From NCBI GenBank assembly GCA_046581755.1, contig JAYGFR010000139.1, forward strand, positions 1 to 30,217: a stretch of 30,217 nt of DNA, given 5' to 3'. Source of the stretch: Nitrospinota bacterium (GTDB lineage Bacteria > UBA8248). The notes beneath the pieces were generated by a model that saw only the letters and a list, made by a program, of their open reading frames with translations, did not search any database and was not told the origin of the DNA. A program made the position numbers and the translations under genes. Shown here piece after piece: positions 26,466 through 30,217 of this stretch; positions within the stretch are counted from its first letter, which is position 1; every line of letters starts with the position of its first letter.

Positions 26466-28526
26466 TTGGCTAGGATAATTCGCCGCACGCTTCCGGCCGC
26501 CCTGGTTGCGGCGTTGGCCCTTTCGATTAGTGGCCCCGGCGCGGCCCTCGGGAGGATTCTCCCCGGCGGCTCGATCGGCGGAAAATTTCCCTCCCCTCCC
26601 GCCATCCAGGAAAACGTGAAATTCTGGCGCGATGTATTCGCGCGCTACAAAATCACCGAAGTGGTTTATCACGACGAGGTGCACCTGGACCGAAGGTACG
26701 CCGTCCTCCGGCTCGCGGGGCCCTGGAAGGGAACCCAGGCGCAGAAAAAGCGGATTCGCGCCTATAAGGAAAAGATTCGGGCCGTATTGCGGGCCCTCGC
26801 CGAGGATCGGACGCTCCCCGCCGGGCCCCTCTCGGCCCGGATTCGGAAAATTTTCTCGGACCGCCCACGCGCGGAGCTTTGGGACGCCCTCTACCAAATT
26901 CGCGCCCAGCCCGGTCTCAGGGAGCGGTTCCGGGAGGGATATATCCGATCCGGGCGCTACCTGGCCCATTTCCGGCGGATCTTCCGGAAACGGGGCCTCC
27001 CCGAGGATCTGATACTTCTTCCCCATGTCGAGAGCGGATTCCGCTCCCAAATTTACAGCCACGCCGGTGCGCTCGGGCTTTGGCAATTCATCCGAAGCAC
27101 GGCCAGGCTTTTCGTGCGCGTGGACGGCACGATGGACGCCCGGCGGGACCCGTTCCTCGCCGCCGAGGCGGCGGCCAAGCTACTCGCGCGCAATTACGAG
27201 GATTTGAAAAACTGGCCGCTCGCCATTACCGCCTACAACCATGGGTCGGTGGGCATGCGCCGGGCGGTGCGGCAGCTCGGCACGCGCCGCATCGGCCTCA
27301 TCGTGAAAAAATACAAGAGCCGGACGTTCGGGTTCGCCTCTCGGAATTTTTACGCCGAATTTCTGGCAGCGGTGGATGTCCACAAGAATGCCCGTAAATA
27401 TTTCGGCCCCCTTCAACGGGACCCGCCCATGCTGTTCGATGAGTTCTATTTGCCCCAGTACATCCGGCTCGGCCCTCTGGCCCGCCGGATCGGAGTGGAC
27501 ATCGGGATACTCCGCAGGCTGAATCCGGCCCTTCGCCGCCCCGTGCTCTGGGGCCGGCGGAGCGTCCCGAGGGGATATCCCCTTCGCCTTCCGCCGGGGC
27601 AAAAGGGCCGCGTGCTCGAGGCCTACTACCGCGCTGCGCCCGGGGCGCGGGCGGCGAGGGTGGACGATGGGTCGAGATGGATTCTCGTAAGGCCCGGCGA
27701 CACCCTTGGCGGCATCGCCCGCCGCCACCGCGTTCGCCTCGAAAATCTGATGGCCGAGAACGGCCTCAGGAAAAGCCTGATCCGGGTGGGAGACCGGCTC
27801 AGGCTTCCGTCCGGAAAGCGAATCGCCGCCGCGTGGAAATTCCCGCGTTCGCGGTCCAAAAAGAAGAGCGCCCGCAAGCTGACAGCCCGCCGGTTGATGG
27901 CCCATGTGCCGAAGCTGGGGTGGAAAGCGGCCATCCGGAAAGAGATTCGAGCGCGGGAGGCGCGTTTCCGGGTTCCCGCCCTTCCGTCTTCAGCGGCGCC
28001 GGGAAACCCCGCTTTGTCCGCCGGTGCGGGGGCGGGTTCCACCGGGCGCGTCCCGGACCGGGGATCGAAAATCCGCGAGGAGGCTCTCCGCCAGGCGCTG
28101 GCGGTGCAATCGTTGGCCGGAGGGAATGGCGGCTGGGTCCGGGTCCAGGAGAACGAAACCATAGGCCACTTTTCCAGATGGCTGGAGTTGTCCCCGGCCC
28201 GGCTGCGCCGGATGAACGGGATTCGCTCGAACCGCAAGGTCAGGATGGGCAAGAGAATCCGCCTTTCATTTCTCAGCGTTCCAAAATCGGATTTTATCCA
28301 GAGGCGAACGGCCTATCACAAGAAGATCGAAAAATCGTTCTTCGCCAAATTCACCGTCTCCCGCGTCAAGCGCCATAGGCTGAAGCGGGGCGAAAATTTG
28401 TGGACCCTCCTCGTGAAGACCTACAAGGTGCCCCTCTGGCTGGTTCGCCGCTACAACTCGGGCAAAAAGCTCCGCCGAATTGCGGCCGGAGACGAACTGG
28501 CCATTCCGGTGGTCCGGAGACGGTAA
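26466..28526 (+). CDS. mltD: MltD-like lytic murein transglycosylase with LysM domains
   Basis: Signal peptide; SLT motifs PHVES, ALGLWQF and AITAYNHG; LysM repeats VRPGDTLGGIARRH and LKRGENLW. Confidence 0.88.
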   Translation: MARIIRRTLPAALVAALALSISGPGAALGRILPGGSIGGKFPSPPAIQENVKFWRDVFARYKITEVVYHDEVHLDRRYAVLRLAGPWKGTQAQKKRIRAYKEKIRAVLRALAEDRTLPAGPLSARIRKIFSDRPRAELWDALYQIRAQPGLRERFREGYIRSGRYLAHFRRIFRKRGLPEDLILLPHVESGFRSQIYSHAGALGLWQFIRSTARLFVRVDGTMDARRDPFLAAEAAAKLLARNYEDLKNWPLAITAYNHGSVGMRRAVRQLGTRRIGLIVKKYKSRTFGFASRNFYAEFLAAVDVHKNARKYFGPLQRDPPMLFDEFYLPQYIRLGPLARRIGVDIGILRRLNPALRRPVLWGRRSVPRGYPLRLPPGQKGRVLEAYYRAAPGARAARVDDGSRWILVRPGDTLGGIARRHRVRLENLMAENGLRKSLIRVGDRLRLPSGKRIAAAWKFPRSRSKKKSARKLTARRLMAHVPKLGWKAAIRKEIRAREARFRVPALPSSAAPGNPALSAGAGAGSTGRVPDRGSKIREEALRQALAVQSLAGGNGGWVRVQENETIGHFSRWLELSPARLRRMNGIRSNRKVRMGKRIRLSFLSVPKSDFIQRRTAYHKKIEKSFFAKFTVSRVKRHRLKRGENLWTLLVKTYKVPLWLVRRYNSGKKLRRIAAGDELAIPVVRRR

Positions 28527-28613
28527 TTTCGCCCCCCCGCCGGGGCCCCGTGATTCTCGTAAGTGATTTACATTCAATTATTTAAGCGACACTGGATATG
28601 TTGAATACTTCCC

Positions 28614-28642
28614 TTGCCCCCCGCCTGCCTTTGGCTTAGGAT
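28614..28642 (+). promoter_or_regulatory. Sigma70-type promoter upstream of dnaN
   Basis: TTGCCC (28614-28619), 17-nt spacer, TAGGAT (28637-28642). Confidence 0.55.
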
Positions 28643-28765
28643 GATCTCTCCTTTTGAAGGGAGCAGGGGAAATTCCCTTCCCGAAACCAGGTTTCGGCAG
28701 CCAAAATTCGCCGGATCGGCGAGCGGGCTTGGATCAGCCCAACTTCCAGGAGTGGAGGTGCCACC

Positions 28766-29863
28766 GTGGACATTGTGATCAGTAGGGAGACGCTTCACCG
28801 CGCCCTTCAGACCGTTCAGGGTGTGGTGGAGAGCCGGAGCAGCGCCATGCCGGTCCTTCAGCATGTTCTCCTCGTCACCGAGGGAGACACCCAAGTCCGC
28901 ATGCTCGCCACTAACCTGGACATCGGCCTCAAGGGCGTATTCGAGGCGGAGGTCAAAAAGGGCGGCTCGGTGACCCTCAATGCCCGGAAGCTATTCGACA
29001 TCGTGCGCGAACTGCCCGACGCCGACGTTCACCTCGTGGAAGAAAACGGTCAATGGGTGCGGATGACCTGCGAGCGATCGAACTTCCGGTTTCCGGGTCT
29101 TCCGCCCTCGGATTTCCCCTCGGTTCCCGAGCCCGGCGGCACGCCCCAGAAGATTTCCGCCAAGGTATTCGGCGACATGATCCGAAAGACCATGTTCGCG
29201 ATCTCACAGGACGAGACGCGCTACACCTATAACGGCGTGTTCATGGAGTCCGAGGGCGATGTGCTCCGTCTGGTGGCGACCGACGGCCACCGCCTGGCGA
29301 TGATCGAGCGGCCCAACGCCGGGGCGGAATTCAAGGAAGGGGTAATCATCCACAAAAAGGCGCTCGGCGAGCTGGTCAAGCTCCTCTCCGAGACGGGAGA
29401 GGATGTCGAAATTTATCTCGATGAAAACCACGTGATCTTCACATTGGGCACCATCGAGCTTTCCGCCCGCCTAATTGACGGGGATTTTCCGAAATACCGT
29501 CAGGTGATTCCGGAGGACAACAAATGCCGGATCATTACCGACCGGGACAACCTTCTCCGGGCGCTTCGGCGCGTCTCTCTTTTGTCGAATGAAACGAAAA
29601 TGGTCAAATTCGTGTTCACGCCGGGCCAGCTCATACTGACCACGAACGGCTCCGATGCCGGGGAAGCCGAGGAAATTCTCGAATCCGACTATTCGGGGGA
29701 GGAACTGACCATTGGATTTAACGCGAGGTACTGCCTCGATGTGCTCGGAATCCTTGAGGATCAAAGCATTTGCTTCGAACTCAAGGATTCGCTGAGCCCT
29801 GGAATCTTTAAGCCCAAAGAAGGCGAGGGGTATATTTATGTCATCATGCCCATGCGGGTTTGA
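28766..29863 (+). CDS. dnaN: DNA polymerase III beta sliding clamp
   Basis: 365 aa; ATNLDI, ETRYTYNG, VATDGHRLA, RLIDGDFPKYRQVIP, IGFNARY and C-terminal VIMPMRV. GGAGG RBS, GTG start. Confidence 0.98.
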   Translation: MDIVISRETLHRALQTVQGVVESRSSAMPVLQHVLLVTEGDTQVRMLATNLDIGLKGVFEAEVKKGGSVTLNARKLFDIVRELPDADVHLVEENGQWVRMTCERSNFRFPGLPPSDFPSVPEPGGTPQKISAKVFGDMIRKTMFAISQDETRYTYNGVFMESEGDVLRLVATDGHRLAMIERPNAGAEFKEGVIIHKKALGELVKLLSETGEDVEIYLDENHVIFTLGTIELSARLIDGDFPKYRQVIPEDNKCRIITDRDNLLRALRRVSLLSNETKMVKFVFTPGQLILTTNGSDAGEAEEILESDYSGEELTIGFNARYCLDVLGILEDQSICFELKDSLSPGIFKPKEGEGYIYVIMPMRV

Positions 29864-29879
29864 CGGGCTCAGGATGATA

Positions 29880-29908
29880 TAGACTTTTTTCCTAACCGGT
29901 GGTATGTT
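29880..29908 (+). promoter_or_regulatory. Sigma70-type promoter upstream of the XRE regulator
   Basis: TAGACT (29880-29885), 17-nt spacer, TATGTT (29903-29908) with an extended TG at 29900-29901. Confidence 0.5.
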
Positions 29909-30040
29909 CCTGTGACGTTGTGGCCGCATTCTTATCGTGTAATTCTGAATACGGAAATACAACATCCCACATGTAACCGGCAGTTTTTTAACGGTTTCGT
30001 GTGAAATTGCGCGGACCCCGAGGAAGGACAAGCATCCGCT

Positions 30041-30217
30041 ATGGCGACGAAAACGAAAACGAAAAAAGCAGCAGGCCGTCCACGCAAATCAGGAAAGCTT
30101 CCCGTCAAAAAGAATCACATCAAAATTCCCGATGTCCGGATCGGCGAGAAGGTCCGCACCCTTCGGAAAACGAGGGGCTACTCGATTCAAAAGCTCTCCG
30201 ATCTCTCGGGCGTTTCT
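30041..30217 (+). CDS. XRE/Cro-C1 HTH regulator, 3'-truncated by the window edge (absent from the ORF track)
   Basis: MATKTKTKKAAGRPRKSGKLPVKKNHIKIPDVRIGEKVRTLRKTRGYSIQKLSDLSGVS. IGEKVRTLRK..GYSIQKLS..SGVS is a classic XRE HTH start. Confidence 0.88.
   Translation, partial: MATKTKTKKAAGRPRKSGKLPVKKNHIKIPDVRIGEKVRTLRKTRGYSIQKLSDLSGVS

Noticed and set aside
28527..28765. oriC upstream of dnaN
   Set aside because: Only a short AT-rich patch; no DnaA-box cluster seen and no dnaA gene.

Overview
A GC-rich bacterial chromosomal segment, about 30 genes. No rRNA, tRNA, CRISPR array or intact mobile element is recognisable. From left to right: cspA; two oxidoreductases (one frameshifted) and an MFS transporter; a redox-stress island (4430-8790); a catabolic block (maleate isomerase-like, VOC, DinB-like, DUF3604/CehA-McbA-like PHP hydrolase, FAD oxidoreductase); IMPase, MATE, radical SAM, FAH and cupin genes; an MmgE/PrpD-led run continuing into the tungstate ABC transporter tupA-[TauE/SafE]-tupB-tupC; a PIG-L deacetylase; an MltD-like LysM transglycosylase; a dnaN with no adjacent dnaA or recF; and a truncated XRE regulator with an AT-hook-like motif. 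The island carries a NemR-like TetR regulator with two palindromic operators, thioredoxin, an AhpD/CMD protein, a His-pair membrane protein, SDR remnants, a cupin, a PNPOx-like protein and an SRPBCC-like protein. The most notable signal is an in-frame TGA exactly at the first Cys position of the AhpD CxxC motif (N-U-G-Y-C), followed by a SECIS-like hairpin. This is a candidate selenoprotein missed by the ORF track, but a nonsense mutation in a decaying island is a real alternative. All family calls come from motif recognition by eye; no database search was run.
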